NCBI GenBank assembly: GCA_963708075.1
Contig: OY970194.1
Location: forward strand, 7,040,001 to 7,104,000
Direction of reading: 5' to 3'
DNA length: 64,000 nt
From: Sedimentisphaerales bacterium
GTDB taxonomy: Bacteria > Planctomycetota > Phycisphaerae > Sedimentisphaerales > Anaerobacaceae
Part shown: piece by piece, positions 1-11,668 of the stretch
How positions within the stretch are numbered: the stretch's first letter is position 1
Layout: each line of letters begins with the position of its first letter
Program-made: the position numbers and the translations under genes
Notes under the pieces: generated by a model
What the model saw: the letters and a program-made list of their open reading frames with translations, nothing else
Databases searched by the model: none
Told to the model about the DNA's origin: nothing

Positions 1-292
1 ATTATGAAGGCATAGCGAACCCCAACCGCGTGCTTCTACTGGATGCCGGTATGGACAGGGCGCGAATACTCGCATCACCTTGTCAGTGCCTGGAAATCTT
101 GTTAATGTACGTCAATAAACACTCGATACCGCTTTGATCCGGTCGAGGTTCCCGGCAGCTACGAGTGCTCGGTCTCGGCAGAAATTGGGCCCATCCCGGG
201 TGTGCGCAGTATGCTGGAGGGATTGTGGGGTCCGAAAAAGTGAAACTCGGTCTCCTCTTGATGGGAGACCTTGCCAAGGTAACAGAATCACG

Positions 293-865
293 ATGCCAGA
301 TGAACCCAGGAATGACGTTACACGCATCCTGCACGCCGTAAGACGCGGGGAGGCCAGAGCGTTGGATGAACTACTGCCCCTGGTCTACGATGAACTCCGC
401 CTGCTGGCATCCCAGAAGCTGTCGCACGAATCTCCCGGGCAGACGCTCCAAGCCACCGCACTAGTTCATGAGGCATACCTCCGTCTTATCGGCTCGGAGA
501 GCAACGCTTGGTCAAACCGCACGTACTTTTTCGGTGCGGCAGCAGAGGCTATGCGTCGCATCCTGGTTGAACACGCTCGCAAGAAAGGGAGCAAGAAACG
601 TGGTGGAGATCGCCATCGCGTTGATTTCATGAGTGCAGATGTGATGGCGGACGAATCCCCGGATGACCTGATTGCCATGGACGAAGCCCTCATGAAGTTC
701 TCAGAGACCGATCCGATCAAGGCGGAACTGGTCAAATTGCGTTTTTTTGCCGGTCTGAGCTTTGAGCAGGCCGCCGAACTCCTGGGTATTTCCCCTGCCA
801 CAGCGAGACGGCACTGGAACTACGCACGGGCTTGGCTTTACGGCCGAATCTGCTCCACGGATTGA
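293..865 (+). CDS. ECF RNA polymerase sigma factor (planctomycete TIGR02999-like)
   Basis: VTRIL...ELLPLVYDELR...TLQATALVHEAYLRL...YFFGAAAEAMRRILV, with C-terminal region-4 LRFFAGLS...W.YARAWL. ATG at 293 chosen over the longer ORF; directly upstream of a Ser/Thr kinase. Confidence 0.93.
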   Translation: MPDEPRNDVTRILHAVRRGEARALDELLPLVYDELRLLASQKLSHESPGQTLQATALVHEAYLRLIGSESNAWSNRTYFFGAAAEAMRRILVEHARKKGSKKRGGDRHRVDFMSADVMADESPDDLIAMDEALMKFSETDPIKAELVKLRFFAGLSFEQAAELLGISPATARRHWNYARAWLYGRICSTD

Positions 866-992
866 TCCCGCACATTTTTTTCATTTTTCCCGTAAAATCG
901 TGATTGAACTCACGGTCAATCTGCGCAGGTCCTGTAGAAAGGGCAAAATGCAGGACCTTGGCTGCTATATGAACAGGTAAGAGTCTTCCGTT

Positions 993-3900
993 ATGGCACC
1001 AGAACAGAACCCAGAAGAACTATTCCACCGAGCCTTGGAGTTGAAGGACCCTGAGAAGCGGGCTGCCTATTTGGATGAGGCCTGTGCCGGAGATGAAGAA
1101 TTGCGGGCGCAAGTCGATGCCTTGCTCAAGTGGGATAGCGAAGCCGGGGGGTTCATGGACCTGCCGGATAGAGACCCCAATGCCACCCGAGAGGCTCCCC
1201 CTGTCCCGGACATGACCGGCACGGAGATCGGTCGCTACAAGCTGCTGGAGAAGATCGGCGAGGGGGGTATGGCGACCGTCTACATGGCGGAACAGAGGCA
1301 CCCCATCTGCCGCCGCGTTGCCTTGAAGATCATCAAGCTGGGGATGGATACCAAGCAAGTCATCGCCCGCTTTGAGGCAGAACGTCAGGCTCTGGCCATG
1401 ATGGACCACCCCAATATTGCCACGGTATTGGACGCGGGGACGACCGAGACGGGACGGCCCTATTTCGTGATGGAACTGGTCCGGGGGCTACCAATCACTA
1501 AGTTCTGCGATGCCAACAACTTAACGACGCGGGAACGTCTGGAGTTGTTCGTGTCCGTCTGCCATGCCGTCCAGCATGCCCATCAGCGCGGGATCATTCA
1601 TCGGGATATCAAGCCCTCCAACATCTTGGTCACCCTGCACGATGGCAAGCCGGTCCCCAAGGTGATTGACTTCGGGATTGCCAAAGCCCTGAATCAGCGA
1701 CTAACCGAGAAGACCATCTTCACCCGGTACTCCCAGATGATCGGCACGCCGGAGTACATGAGCCCGGAGCAGGCCGAGATGAGCGGGCTGGATGTCGATA
1801 CGAGAACCGATGTCTTCTCGCTGGGCGTACTTCTCTACGAACTGCTCGCGGGTGCAACGCCATTCGATTCGGAGTACCTGCTGAGCAAGGGCTATGGCGA
1901 GATGCAGCGGATCCTACGGGAGGAGGAACCGACGCGCCCGTCCACCAAGGTCAGCACTCTGGGAGAGGCTCTCACGGATGTCGCCCAGCACCGCCGGGTG
2001 GCGCCGGAAGCCTTAAGAAAACTGATGCGCGGCGATCTGGACTGGATCGTGATGAAGACGCTGGAGAAAGACAGGACGCGTCGGTACGAGACGGTGCACG
2101 GCCTGGCCGAAGATGTCGAACGGCACCTGCGGCACGAACCGATAACGGCATCCTCGCCCGGTACGATCTACCGCCTGCAGAAGTTCCTGCGGAGGAATCG
2201 CACGAAGGTCGTAACGTGGTCGGCCGTCGCGGTTATTGTCATCGGGCTGCTGCTTGTCTGCGGCGCTTACCTACGCTTCAGGACCGAGCGAATCCGGAGC
2301 AATGACCTCCGAACCATCGCATTGGTCGAAGATCTGGTCACCAGCGGCGACTATGAGCGGGCGCTGGCCGAAGTCAAACCAGTCCTTTCCAGCCGGTTCG
2401 TCGGCCCGGAAGCCGGGCTTCTGAATGCGCGCATACTGCTGGAACTGCAAAGTCCCGACGCCAGCGTCGAACAGTTGTACAAGCTGCTGAACGAACGGTC
2501 CGAAATCGCCGCCAACGCTCACTTTCTCCTCGCGCGCATCTATCTGGAGTCCGCCGCCCGCGATCCTCACATGAAGGACAAAGCGGAGGTTCACCTGCAG
2601 CATGGGGAACAACTGCTGCCGAGAACTGCGGAGGCTTATTTGCTGCGAGCCGTCGTAGCACAGACTGTGCAGGAGACTCTCCGATGGCTGGAAGAGGCTC
2701 TGCAACTGGATCCGGCGAATTACGATGCTCATCGGGCCCGCGCCCTGACGTGTCTCGCCCTCGGTGAATACCACGACATGGAGACAGAGGCATCCGTAAT
2801 GATCGGCGGTCAGCCGAGGAATCCGGCGGGTTATTCGCTTCGTGCTATTGCGCGGCGTGAACTGGCGCTGGGCCAAAACGACAGTAGACTGCTCGCCGAG
2901 GCTGCTGCGGACCATAACCGGGCGATAAGTCTGACCTCGCCGCATGACAGCCGCATGGCGGATCTATGCAACCAGCGTCACCGGACTCTCATGCAGATGG
3001 GGAAATATGACGATGCTCTCGCCGACATGCAGACCTGCCTGCAGATGCGGCCTCGTGACCCGGTATATCATTTTGACCTGTTCTGTGTGTTGCTGGCACT
3101 GGGTCAGTACGAGAAGGCCCAGGCAGAATACGACAATATTCTCAAGTCTGACCCAATGAGCCAGATGCGTTTTGACTGTCTGGCGGCCAAGTATGTTTCC
3201 GACAGCCTGTGGTCGAGAGGATCGTGGTATCCTCAGGACAAACCGCCGGTTGGGACGGCCTTCGAGAACATGTACGCGGCGGCCAAGCAATACAATCAGC
3301 TTGCCGAGCGGGCCAGGCGTGTCGTGCCTGAAGGTTTCCATCCGAGCTTCTCACCGGACGGCACCGAGTTGGCATACAGCAGAGGTGTGCTTGGCGCCAG
3401 CGGCATTGAGATTCTTCATCTCGGCACAGGCAAGACCCGGCTGTTGACCGTGCCCGGCAAAGACCCGGCGTGGTCTCCCGACGGACAGTACATTCTCTAC
3501 GTTCGTGACCGGCAGTTCTTGTCCATGCAGGACTTGACATCGCCGGGTGAGGGGAGACATCAGTCGTGGAAGCAGGAAGAGGTCTGGATCATCAAAGCCG
3601 ATGGCACCGAGCGTCCAAGGTTTCTGGCCAAAGGGGGCTGGCCAAACTGGTCCGGCGATTCCAAGAGGCTCTACTATCACAGCCGTCTGGACAACATGGT
3701 GTACTCCATGTCGACGGATCCGAACAACGCGAATCCGAAGGAAGTTTTCGCATGCGAAACCCAGTTTCCCGTGGTGTCACCGGATGAGAAATTCATCGCA
3801 TTCATCGAAAAGAAGACCGGCATATTCAAGATCGTGAATCTAACCGATGGGTCGGAGGCAGCATCCTGGTCGGGGGTTGGTGGAGACGAGCTATCTTTCA

Positions 3901-4151
3901 TCTGCTGGTCGGCGGATGCGAAGCGGCTGGCCATCGGACGGTATTGGCAAGGAGGGCTCTGGATCTACGACACGGGCACACAACAGGCGACCAGGATCGT
4001 CGACGGTTCTTTTGCCTGGTGCGCTTGGTCGGTTCCCGAGATGAGCCGCATGGTCATCGAGCGCGTGTTTGGGTCGTGGCATCACGAGATTTGGATCGCC
4101 GATGTGGTTGAAGATGGTATCCCGATGGTTACCCGGAAGAACTCAGAGTGA
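993..4151 (+). CDS. Ser/Thr protein kinase with TM segment, TPR repeats and C-terminal TolB-like (PD40) beta-propeller
   Basis: IGEGGMATVY, VALK, HRDIKPSN, DFG and GTPEYMSPEQ motifs; TM AVAVIVIGLLLV; SPDG repeats at the C-terminus. Confidence 0.95.
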   Translation: MAPEQNPEELFHRALELKDPEKRAAYLDEACAGDEELRAQVDALLKWDSEAGGFMDLPDRDPNATREAPPVPDMTGTEIGRYKLLEKIGEGGMATVYMAEQRHPICRRVALKIIKLGMDTKQVIARFEAERQALAMMDHPNIATVLDAGTTETGRPYFVMELVRGLPITKFCDANNLTTRERLELFVSVCHAVQHAHQRGIIHRDIKPSNILVTLHDGKPVPKVIDFGIAKALNQRLTEKTIFTRYSQMIGTPEYMSPEQAEMSGLDVDTRTDVFSLGVLLYELLAGATPFDSEYLLSKGYGEMQRILREEEPTRPSTKVSTLGEALTDVAQHRRVAPEALRKLMRGDLDWIVMKTLEKDRTRRYETVHGLAEDVERHLRHEPITASSPGTIYRLQKFLRRNRTKVVTWSAVAVIVIGLLLVCGAYLRFRTERIRSNDLRTIALVEDLVTSGDYERALAEVKPVLSSRFVGPEAGLLNARILLELQSPDASVEQLYKLLNERSEIAANAHFLLARIYLESAARDPHMKDKAEVHLQHGEQLLPRTAEAYLLRAVVAQTVQETLRWLEEALQLDPANYDAHRARALTCLALGEYHDMETEASVMIGGQPRNPAGYSLRAIARRELALGQNDSRLLAEAAADHNRAISLTSPHDSRMADLCNQRHRTLMQMGKYDDALADMQTCLQMRPRDPVYHFDLFCVLLALGQYEKAQAEYDNILKSDPMSQMRFDCLAAKYVSDSLWSRGSWYPQDKPPVGTAFENMYAAAKQYNQLAERARRVVPEGFHPSFSPDGTELAYSRGVLGASGIEILHLGTGKTRLLTVPGKDPAWSPDGQYILYVRDRQFLSMQDLTSPGEGRHQSWKQEEVWIIKADGTERPRFLAKGGWPNWSGDSKRLYYHSRLDNMVYSMSTDPNNANPKEVFACETQFPVVSPDEKFIAFIEKKTGIFKIVNLTDGSEAASWSGVGGDELSFICWSADAKRLAIGRYWQGGLWIYDTGTQQATRIVDGSFAWCAWSVPEMSRMVIERVFGSWHHEIWIADVVEDGIPMVTRKNSE

Positions 4152-4175
4152 ATGCATTTTCTGGAGGGTTCGGTT

Positions 4176-6691
4176 ATGTCACGGGGAAACGATGAGCATG
4201 CTGAGAGGATTTGTTCGAAGACCGGGCGTCGCGTCGAGCGAGGAAGGGACCACCGCTGGGCGTCTTGGTGCTGCCCTTCGTGGGGCTGGCGTCACTGCTG
4301 TGGTTCCTGATACGTGTGATCCCCAAGCCCTCGCGGGCGGCCTATCCATGCCAGCGGGCAGCTTTTCCCCTGGCCTCGGCTTTTGTGGTGTGGCTGACCG
4401 GCATAGTCGTATCGAGCCTGGCGTATCGCAAGGCCAGGCGTCTGGCGGGCCGAGCCCGCTACGTGGCTGCCGGACTCTTCGCGGCGGTGGCGGTGGCGGC
4501 TATCTGGTGGTCGATCAACATCACCGCCGACACCGGTGCGCGTGCGGCGTTCGTCCCGATTGATCCGCCCAATAGCCCGATCGGCGTCGGCAAGGGCATC
4601 TATCCGGGTCGGGTCGTATGGGTACACGATCCCAACGCAACGAAGTGGGACGGTGTGACCGGCTTTTGGTGGGAAGACCAGAATCTGGATCAGCAGGCGG
4701 TGGATAGCATGGTCTCGCGTACCCTGCGGACTCTTGCTGGAGAGGATGATGATGCAGCCGCCTGGGATGCCATCTTTCGCTATTTCAATCGCACCTACGG
4801 CACCGGCGACGTCGGCTATCAGCCGGGCGAAAAACTCGCAATCAAGATCAACCTGAACCCGGAGGGATACGGCCCCGCTTATGACACCCGCGGCGGCAAC
4901 GGCCGCATGCCAAGCCCGCAGATGATTCATTCCCTCCTTGCCCAACTCTTCGACAACGTGCATGTTTCCGGGTCAGACGTCACCATTTATGATGCCTCGC
5001 GGGCCATTGCCAATCCGCTCTACAACCGGATCCACGGCGATGCAGACCCGAATTTCCAGAACGTGAGGTTCGTTGCCAATACCACGGGCAACGGCCGCAT
5101 CGGTGCGGTCTATGACCCCACCTATCCCGTCCACTTCGCCAATCCGAGCGTGAGTCCCGCGAACAATGCCACGGCTTATCTGCCAACCTGCGTGACCGAA
5201 GCCAAATATCTGATCAATATGGCCCAGCTCTCGGCGCATAGCATGTACGGTTTTACCGCGAGCGGCAAGAACTGGTTTGGCTCTATCTGTTGGCGGAACG
5301 GCGGCTGGACGCCCTCGCCCCTGCACAACTTCGGTCTTCGCAATAATCCTATGGGCTCCTACAACTGCATTGTCGATCTCATTGGCCACCCGCAACTCGG
5401 CGGTAAGACGCTGCTGTTCCTGGTGGATGGTCTCTATGGTTCCGACAACGCGATCACCAGGGTGCTCCGCTTCAGCTCCTTTGGCAACAATTGGACCGCC
5501 AGCGTGTTTGCGTCGCAGGACTCCATTGCAATCGATTCGGTCGTACTGGATTTCCTGCGGAATGAACCGCTGCTGAACAACAACTGCTCCGGCCAAGGCG
5601 TGGACAATTACCTCCACGAGACAGCCCTGGCGGGCAATCCGCCCTCGGGCAGTTTCTACGATCCAAGCCGCACCGGATCTCGTCTGGCCAGTCTCGGCGT
5701 CCACGAGCACTGGAACAACGCGGTGGACAGGCAGTACTCCCGCAATCTCGGCAAAAGCGAAGGCATCGAACTCGTCACGCCCTCGCTGGCCGTGCCGGAT
5801 GGAGCGGTCACAAATACCGCAACCGGCATACACTATGGCTATATCCGTGATGCCGTGTCGGAGGCGAGCAATGGGGATGTCATCGAAGTGGCGCCCGGCA
5901 TCTACGAAGAGACGGTTTCGTTCAGCGGGAAAGCCTTGCGGATCACCTCGCAGAACCCCTGGGATTCAAACGTGGTCGCAGCTACGGTGATCCAGGGGGC
6001 GACGTTCGCCGCCGGCGCGGACGCCAACTCCGTGCTTGAGGGCTTCACGATCAGCGGTGCCGGCCCAGGCATCTCTTGCGAAAGTGCCTCCCCGTGGATC
6101 GATCACTGCTGCATTGTGGATAATGGAAAGTCAGGTATTGTGCTATCGGCGGGCAGCAATCCACTGCTGACCAACTGCATCATTGCGGGCAACGGGGGCG
6201 ATGGCATCGATATGTCGGCAACGCAGGGAAGCCGGCAAGTGGTATACGGCAGCGCCACGATTCTGCACTGCGACATCCTGGGCAATCGCGGCGATGGGAT
6301 TCGCGGCGGCAGACCCACAGTGGACAGTACGATCATTCACGCCAATGGCCGCGTGCCCGGAACGGCCCAGGTCATTGCCAATGCGGCGACCGTCAGCTAC
6401 TCGAATGTGCAAGGTGGGTGGCCCGGCGAGGGCAATATTGACGCGGACCCCGACTTCGTCAAGCCGGGGTGCTGGGCAGATCCGACTGATCCGAATGAGC
6501 CCGTCGGGGCGGGTGAGACAGAGGCGGTCTGGGTAGGAGGCGACTATCACTTGAAGGCGGGTTCGCCTTGTATCGATGCCGGCAATCCTGTCACCATCAC
6601 GTGGATGGATGTCGAGATCGACGGCCTATGGCGCGCGGTGGGCTCTGCCCTGGACATCGGTGCCTATGAATTCGGCATGCTGCCCTTCTAA
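4176..6691 (+). CDS. DUF362-domain protein with C-terminal right-handed beta-helix; apparent 1-nt frameshift near 4268
   Basis: WFLIRVIPKPSRAAYPCQR leader, GVGKGIYPGRVVWVHDP and GVHEHWNN motifs, C-terminal GDYHLKAGSPCIDAG...DIGAYE. An RBS (GGAGGG) and ATG at 4176 give MSRG...ICSKTGRR...RWASW in another frame, which joins VLPFVGL if one G is added. Confidence 0.8.
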
Positions 6692-6786
6692 GGGACTGTC
6701 GGCGCGGTCGTATTTCCGGTCGGTGCCATCGGAAGCGCCGCGTCGGCACGACTCTTGAGCCTATTGGCAGCAAGCACGGCGCGACG
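6690..6786. repeat. Intergenic structured repeat, copy 1 of 3
   Basis: Aligns with 17862-17945 and 23075-23169; stems GGCGCGG/CCGCGTC and TTCCGGT/ATCGGAA. Confidence 0.85.
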
Positions 6787-6839
6787 AGGCCAGTGTTGTG
6801 AAGCTCGTGCACACGATTATCCTTGAAAGGAGCGAAGAG

Positions 6840-8222
6840 ATGAAGATGAGAGCAGCTGTTACGGCAGTCGTCTTGATGGTGGTAGCTGGCGGCAGTCTGG
6901 CTGCGGATTGGCCGCAGTATCTTGGACTCAACCGAAATAGTACATCGGACCAGAAGGATCTGTTACGCTCCTGGCCTGAGAATGGGCCGAAGGTCCTGTG
7001 GACTGTTGCTGTTGGCATTGGGTATGGGGGACCTGTTGTCAAAGACGGCAAGGTGTACTTACTCGACAGGGATGATAAGGTAGGGGATAACCTGCGGTGC
7101 TTAGACCTCTCCAATGGCAAGGAACTCTGGAGTTTTGCCTATGACGCTCCCGGATCTGTGATGTTTCCTGGCTCGCGCAGCGTGCCGATCGTGGACGGCA
7201 ATCATGTTTATTCGTGCGGTCCCTGTGGCGATCTCTATTGCATCGACATAAACACACACAAACCGGTCTGGAATAAGAACGTGTGGACGGATTTCGGCGG
7301 CAGACCCGCAAGCGGCTCATCGGGGGGATTTGGATCACGCGGACCCGGTAGTTTTCCGATCTGGGCCATTACGCAGTGTCCTCTGGTTTACGGCGATTTG
7401 CTGATTGTGGCTTCACAGGCGCCGCAGGCTGGTGTGGTGGCTTATGAGAAGCGTACTGGCAGTCTCAAATGGAAGACACCCAATCTCGGCAATGAATCAT
7501 ATGCCAGTCCTTCAGTTGTGAAAATAGACGGGAAAGACCATGTCGTAATGGTCATTTCATCTACTAATCCTTTTGGAAATCGAGGATTGCCTCAAACGCT
7601 GGGTAATGTTGTTGGAATAGAACCTCTTACGGGAGAGATTCTCTGGAAATATGATCAGTGGCGGTGTCACATTTCGGTGCCGAGTGCCGTTGATGCCGGT
7701 GACAGCAAAGTACTCGTTGTAGGCGGATATGAACTCGGTGCAACGATGCTGAAGGTCGAAAAGAAGGCGGACGGCAGCTACGGCGCAACAGAACTCTTTA
7801 CTACGGAAGAATTTGGCGATCAGACGAAACCGCCGATACTCCATAACGGCTATTTCTATGCCCAGTACGGAACCAATAGCCGAAATGACGGCCTGACATG
7901 CATGAGCATGGATGGCAAGATCATGTGGAAAACAGGACGTTCACCTCAGTTTAATAAAGGCAGTATGATTCTCGTCGACGGTCTGATTCTGGCTACCGAC
8001 GGTAGGAAGACTCTGTATCTCATAGAGCCTGATCCATCCGGGTTCAAGGCACTTGCATCCGCAGAGGTGCTTGCAGAAGGAGGAACAGGATTGGAAAACG
8101 ATCCTTTGGCTTCAAGAGTTGGAGGTTCAACCCAGAACTGGGCGCCGTTGGCACTTTCCGATGGCAAGCTCCTGATCAGGGACCAAAGCAGGTTGATGTG
8201 CATTCAAGCTGCTCGGAAATAG
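6840..8222 (+). CDS. PQQ-binding-like beta-propeller repeat protein (secreted)
   Basis: Signal peptide, ADWPQYLG, W-repeat blades, WAPLALSDGKLLIRDQ; RBS GAAAGGAG. Confidence 0.9.
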   Translation: MKMRAAVTAVVLMVVAGGSLAADWPQYLGLNRNSTSDQKDLLRSWPENGPKVLWTVAVGIGYGGPVVKDGKVYLLDRDDKVGDNLRCLDLSNGKELWSFAYDAPGSVMFPGSRSVPIVDGNHVYSCGPCGDLYCIDINTHKPVWNKNVWTDFGGRPASGSSGGFGSRGPGSFPIWAITQCPLVYGDLLIVASQAPQAGVVAYEKRTGSLKWKTPNLGNESYASPSVVKIDGKDHVVMVISSTNPFGNRGLPQTLGNVVGIEPLTGEILWKYDQWRCHISVPSAVDAGDSKVLVVGGYELGATMLKVEKKADGSYGATELFTTEEFGDQTKPPILHNGYFYAQYGTNSRNDGLTCMSMDGKIMWKTGRSPQFNKGSMILVDGLILATDGRKTLYLIEPDPSGFKALASAEVLAEGGTGLENDPLASRVGGSTQNWAPLALSDGKLLIRDQSRLMCIQAARK

Positions 8223-8234
8223 ACAATAATATGA

Positions 8235-9386
8235 ATGCACACAATAGGATGCCAGAGCAGATTTATCTTTGGGAGAAAGGTGACAACAATGTCACGCATC
8301 AGACACATATTGCCAAGGATGGCAATCCTTAGGGCAATGTTGTCAGCAGCACTCATTAGTATTGCATCAGGATCGGCAATGGCAGCAGACTATAAACTGA
8401 ATCCATTTACCCTGACCTATGACGGTGCGATTACCGAAAACGTAAAAGGCAAAGTAAGTATTCATCCAGTCACTTACACACTTAACGGCATTAGTATTTC
8501 TGCCAACGTTTATACCCCGACACACTATGACTCAGGGAAACAATACCCGACGATTGCGGTTGCTCACCCCAATGGGGGTGTGAAGGAACAAGTCGCCGGC
8601 CTGTATGCCCAGCGTTTGGCTGAACAGGGATACATCACCATTGCTGCTGACGCGGCGTATCAAGGCGCGAGCGGCGGTTTGCCCCGCAATACGGATAAGC
8701 CAGCCAATCGCATTGAGGACATTCATGACATGGCGGACTTCATCAGCCAATACGATGGTGTTGATACTGATCGTCTCGGGCTGCTTGGTATCTGTGGAGG
8801 TGGCGGCTATGCCTTGAAGGCAGCCCAGACTGACAAGCGTTTTAAGGCAATTGCTACTTTGAGCATGTTCAATTCTGGGAGGGTAAGGCGCAACGGCTTC
8901 ATGGATTCACAAGTCGCCACTATACAGGAGCGCTTGAAGCAGGCCTCAGACGCCCGAGCCCAAGAGGCGGCTGGAGGAGAGATCATCTATGCCGCTGATG
9001 CCAAGCTGACTGATGAGCAGATTGCCGCGTTGCCGTTCGATTTGTATCGTCAGGGATTTGAATACTACGGCAAGACTCACGCTCATCCCAATTCGACGTT
9101 TAGATACCCGATGAGCAACCTGCTCTCCTTGATGAGTTTTGATGCTGCCAGTCATATGGACCTGATCGATCAGCCACTCCTGATGATGGCAGGAAGCAAG
9201 GCGGACTCCCTGTATATGACCCAAGATGCTTTCAAAAAGGCGGTCAACGCGACAGACAAGGAATTGTTCTTGATTGAAGGGGCCACCCATATCGAGACCT
9301 ATTGGAAACCGCGATATGTGAATCAGGCCATGGGTAAACTGACCCAGTTCTTCGGTGAGACACTCAAGGAAGGAACCAGGTCATGA
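8235..9386 (+). CDS. Alpha/beta hydrolase (YcjY-like); true start may be downstream
   Basis: HPNGGVKEQ, GICGGGG nucleophile elbow, IEGATHIETY. Confidence 0.88.
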   Translation: MHTIGCQSRFIFGRKVTTMSRIRHILPRMAILRAMLSAALISIASGSAMAADYKLNPFTLTYDGAITENVKGKVSIHPVTYTLNGISISANVYTPTHYDSGKQYPTIAVAHPNGGVKEQVAGLYAQRLAEQGYITIAADAAYQGASGGLPRNTDKPANRIEDIHDMADFISQYDGVDTDRLGLLGICGGGGYALKAAQTDKRFKAIATLSMFNSGRVRRNGFMDSQVATIQERLKQASDARAQEAAGGEIIYAADAKLTDEQIAALPFDLYRQGFEYYGKTHAHPNSTFRYPMSNLLSLMSFDAASHMDLIDQPLLMMAGSKADSLYMTQDAFKKAVNATDKELFLIEGATHIETYWKPRYVNQAMGKLTQFFGETLKEGTRS

Positions 9387-10471
9387 TTGCTAAGCTCGGG
9401 AAGTTGATGGTTACGCTCACACTGACTATTGTCAGCGTTTGCATCACGTCCTGCACACCAGCTAACCGCAGTGGGACAGCCGCACCGTTGGTGATTCAGG
9501 AACAAGGGAGTTTTGCCGTCGGTGGTTCAGTGATCACCAACCCCGGCACGTTCGACCCTGTCAGAATGACGCCTGAGGGCCAAACGCTCCACGGGGATCA
9601 CGCTTACGTGTTCTACCAGATCCCCGAAAAGGCTCGGAGTCTGCCTCTTGTACTTTGGCACGGCTTCGGGCAGTTCTCGAAGACCTGGGAGACCACACCG
9701 GACGGCCGTGAGGGCTACCAGAACATTTTCTTACGGCGTGGCTTTGCGATCTATGTACTTGACCAACCGCGTCGGGGCAATGCAGGACGAAGCACTCAGC
9801 CGATTACCATAACACCCGTGCCCGACGAGCAGAAATGGTTCCACACGTTTCGCCTTGGTATCTGGCCCGAATTCTTCCCTGGTGTGCAGTTTGCTCAGGA
9901 ACCGACAGTGTTGGAACAATACTTCCGCCAGATGACTCCTGACACCGGGCCCATAGACATTAAGATGAATTCAGACGCGGCAGCCGCACTGTTTGACAAG
10001 ATCGGCCCCGGTATCCTCGTCACCCACTCGCATAGCGGAGGTATGGGATGGGCTACTGTAATCAAGAGTCCGAATGTTCGCGGCGTAGTGTCCTATGAGC
10101 CGGGCAGTAATTTCATCTTTCCAGAAGGTGAAGTGCCTGCGCCCATAGAGAGTTCTGCAGGTCCGCTTAACGCCGCAGGAGTACCTCTGTCAGAGTTCAT
10201 GGCACTGACCAAGATTCCAGTCATCATCTATTATGGAGACTACATCCCGGAGACGCCATCCACAAATCCGGGACAGGATGGCTGGAGGGTGCGACTGGCG
10301 ATGGCAAGGTTATGGGCTGATGCCGTGAATCGTCACGGTGGTGATGTCACGGTCGTACATCTGCCGGAAATAGGGATTCACGGGAATACACACTTTCTCT
10401 TCTCGGACTTGAACAATCTGGAAATCGCAGATCTTATGTCAACCTGGCTCAAAGAGAAAGGGCTGGACTAA
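9383..10471 (+). CDS. Alpha/beta fold hydrolase, probable lipoprotein
   Basis: EQGSFAVGG, TPDGREG, THSHSG and GIHGNTHF motifs; ITSC lipobox-like sequence. Confidence 0.88.
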   Translation: MIAKLGKLMVTLTLTIVSVCITSCTPANRSGTAAPLVIQEQGSFAVGGSVITNPGTFDPVRMTPEGQTLHGDHAYVFYQIPEKARSLPLVLWHGFGQFSKTWETTPDGREGYQNIFLRRGFAIYVLDQPRRGNAGRSTQPITITPVPDEQKWFHTFRLGIWPEFFPGVQFAQEPTVLEQYFRQMTPDTGPIDIKMNSDAAAALFDKIGPGILVTHSHSGGMGWATVIKSPNVRGVVSYEPGSNFIFPEGEVPAPIESSAGPLNAAGVPLSEFMALTKIPVIIYYGDYIPETPSTNPGQDGWRVRLAMARLWADAVNRHGGDVTVVHLPEIGIHGNTHFLFSDLNNLEIADLMSTWLKEKGLD

Positions 10472-10505
10472 CGCTTGTATCGCGAAGTCCAGGCGGACCG
10501 GAAAT

Positions 10506-11651
10506 ATGAAGACTGTTAAGAAGAACATTGCCGCCTTGATTGTCGCAACGGTTTGCCTAGTGGGTATTTCTGAAACGCGAGCTGAGGACAACCAGACATT
10601 AAGTGACAGGCAGAAGACAATTATTCCCATTGCGGCCTTCACGGCCACTGGGAACATGCAGAAGCTGGGAACCGCTCTGAGTGAGGGGCTGGATGCAGGG
10701 CTGACCGTAAATGAGATTAAGGAAATCCTGGTTCATACGTATGCCTATGCCGGTTTTCCGCGCGCGTTGAATGGCATCCACACTTACATGGCCGTTCTGG
10801 ATGAACGCAAAGAGAAAGGGATTAATGACAAGGCCGGAAAAGAGGCAACTCCCGTACCCGCCGATCTTGATAAGACAGCTTATGGTCATAAGGTTCGCAA
10901 TTCGCTTGTGGGCAGCGATATGTCGAAACGCACGAGCGGGTATTCGGTTTTCACACCCATCATTGAGCAGTTTTTAGTGGAGCACCTGTTTGCAGATATC
11001 TTTTACCGGGATATCCTCAGCCATCAGGAACGCGAACTGGTGACCATCAGTATTTTGGCAGCGATGACCGGTACAGAGGCGCAGCTCAAAGCACATCTGA
11101 GAATCTCCATGAATATGGGGTTGAGCAAAGCGCAGCTTGAGGAGTATGTTGCAGTGCTCAGGCAGGAAGTCGGTGCGGAGAGTGCTGAAAGAGCCATGGT
11201 GACACTCAACGATCTACTGGGAATCAGCCCTCCTGCGAAGCAGACACAATCCGTTAAGGTCATCAAACATGGAGCGTCGACAAGGGGTTCGGCAGATTAT
11301 TTCACCGGCCATGTGACCGTTGAATCCAGGTTCTCATCGGAAATACCGAACAGCTATGGCGGAGGAATTGTGAATTTTGAAGCCGGAGCACGTACGGCAT
11401 GGCATACCCACCCATTGGGACAGACTCTCATTATTATCTCCGGGCGTGGTCTGGTTCAATCTGAGGGTGAAGCTGTGCAGGAAATCGTGCCGGGTGATGT
11501 CGTCTGGATTCCAGCGAATGAGCGTCATTGGCATGGTGCTGCACCGGACAGCCCCATGTCGCATGTCGCAGTCTCCGCTCCCCGCAATGGTACAACCGTT
11601 GAATGGATGGAACATGTCGATGATGAACAATATGCGAATCAAGAGCATTAG
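10506..11651 (+). CDS. Carboxymuconolactone decarboxylase-family protein fused to a cupin domain
   Basis: [11 protein letters not shown] and HLFADIF (CMD); [14 protein letters not shown]...HWHGA (cupin). Confidence 0.92.
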   Translation: MKTVKKNIAALIVATVCLVGISETRAEDNQTLSDRQKTIIPIAAFTATGNMQKLGTALSEGLDAGLTVNEIKEILVHTYAYAGFPRALNGIHTYMAVLDERKEKGINDKAGKEATPVPADLDKTAYGHKVRNSLVGSDMSKRTSGYSVFTPIIEQFLVEHLFADIFYRDILSHQERELVTISILAAMTGTEAQLKAHLRISMNMGLSKAQLEEYVAVLRQEVGAESAERAMVTLNDLLGISPPAKQTQSVKVIKHGASTRGSADYFTGHVTVESRFSSEIPNSYGGGIVNFEAGARTAWHTHPLGQTLIIISGRGLVQSEGEAVQEIVPGDVVWIPANERHWHGAAPDSPMSHVAVSAPRNGTTVEWMEHVDDEQYANQEH

Positions 11652-11668
11652 AGAATGAGGTCCGCGTC

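Noticed and set aside
255..280. GGTCTCC...GGAGACC hairpin upstream of the first sigma gene
   Set aside because: Short, single copy and without a U-tract; no support for a function.
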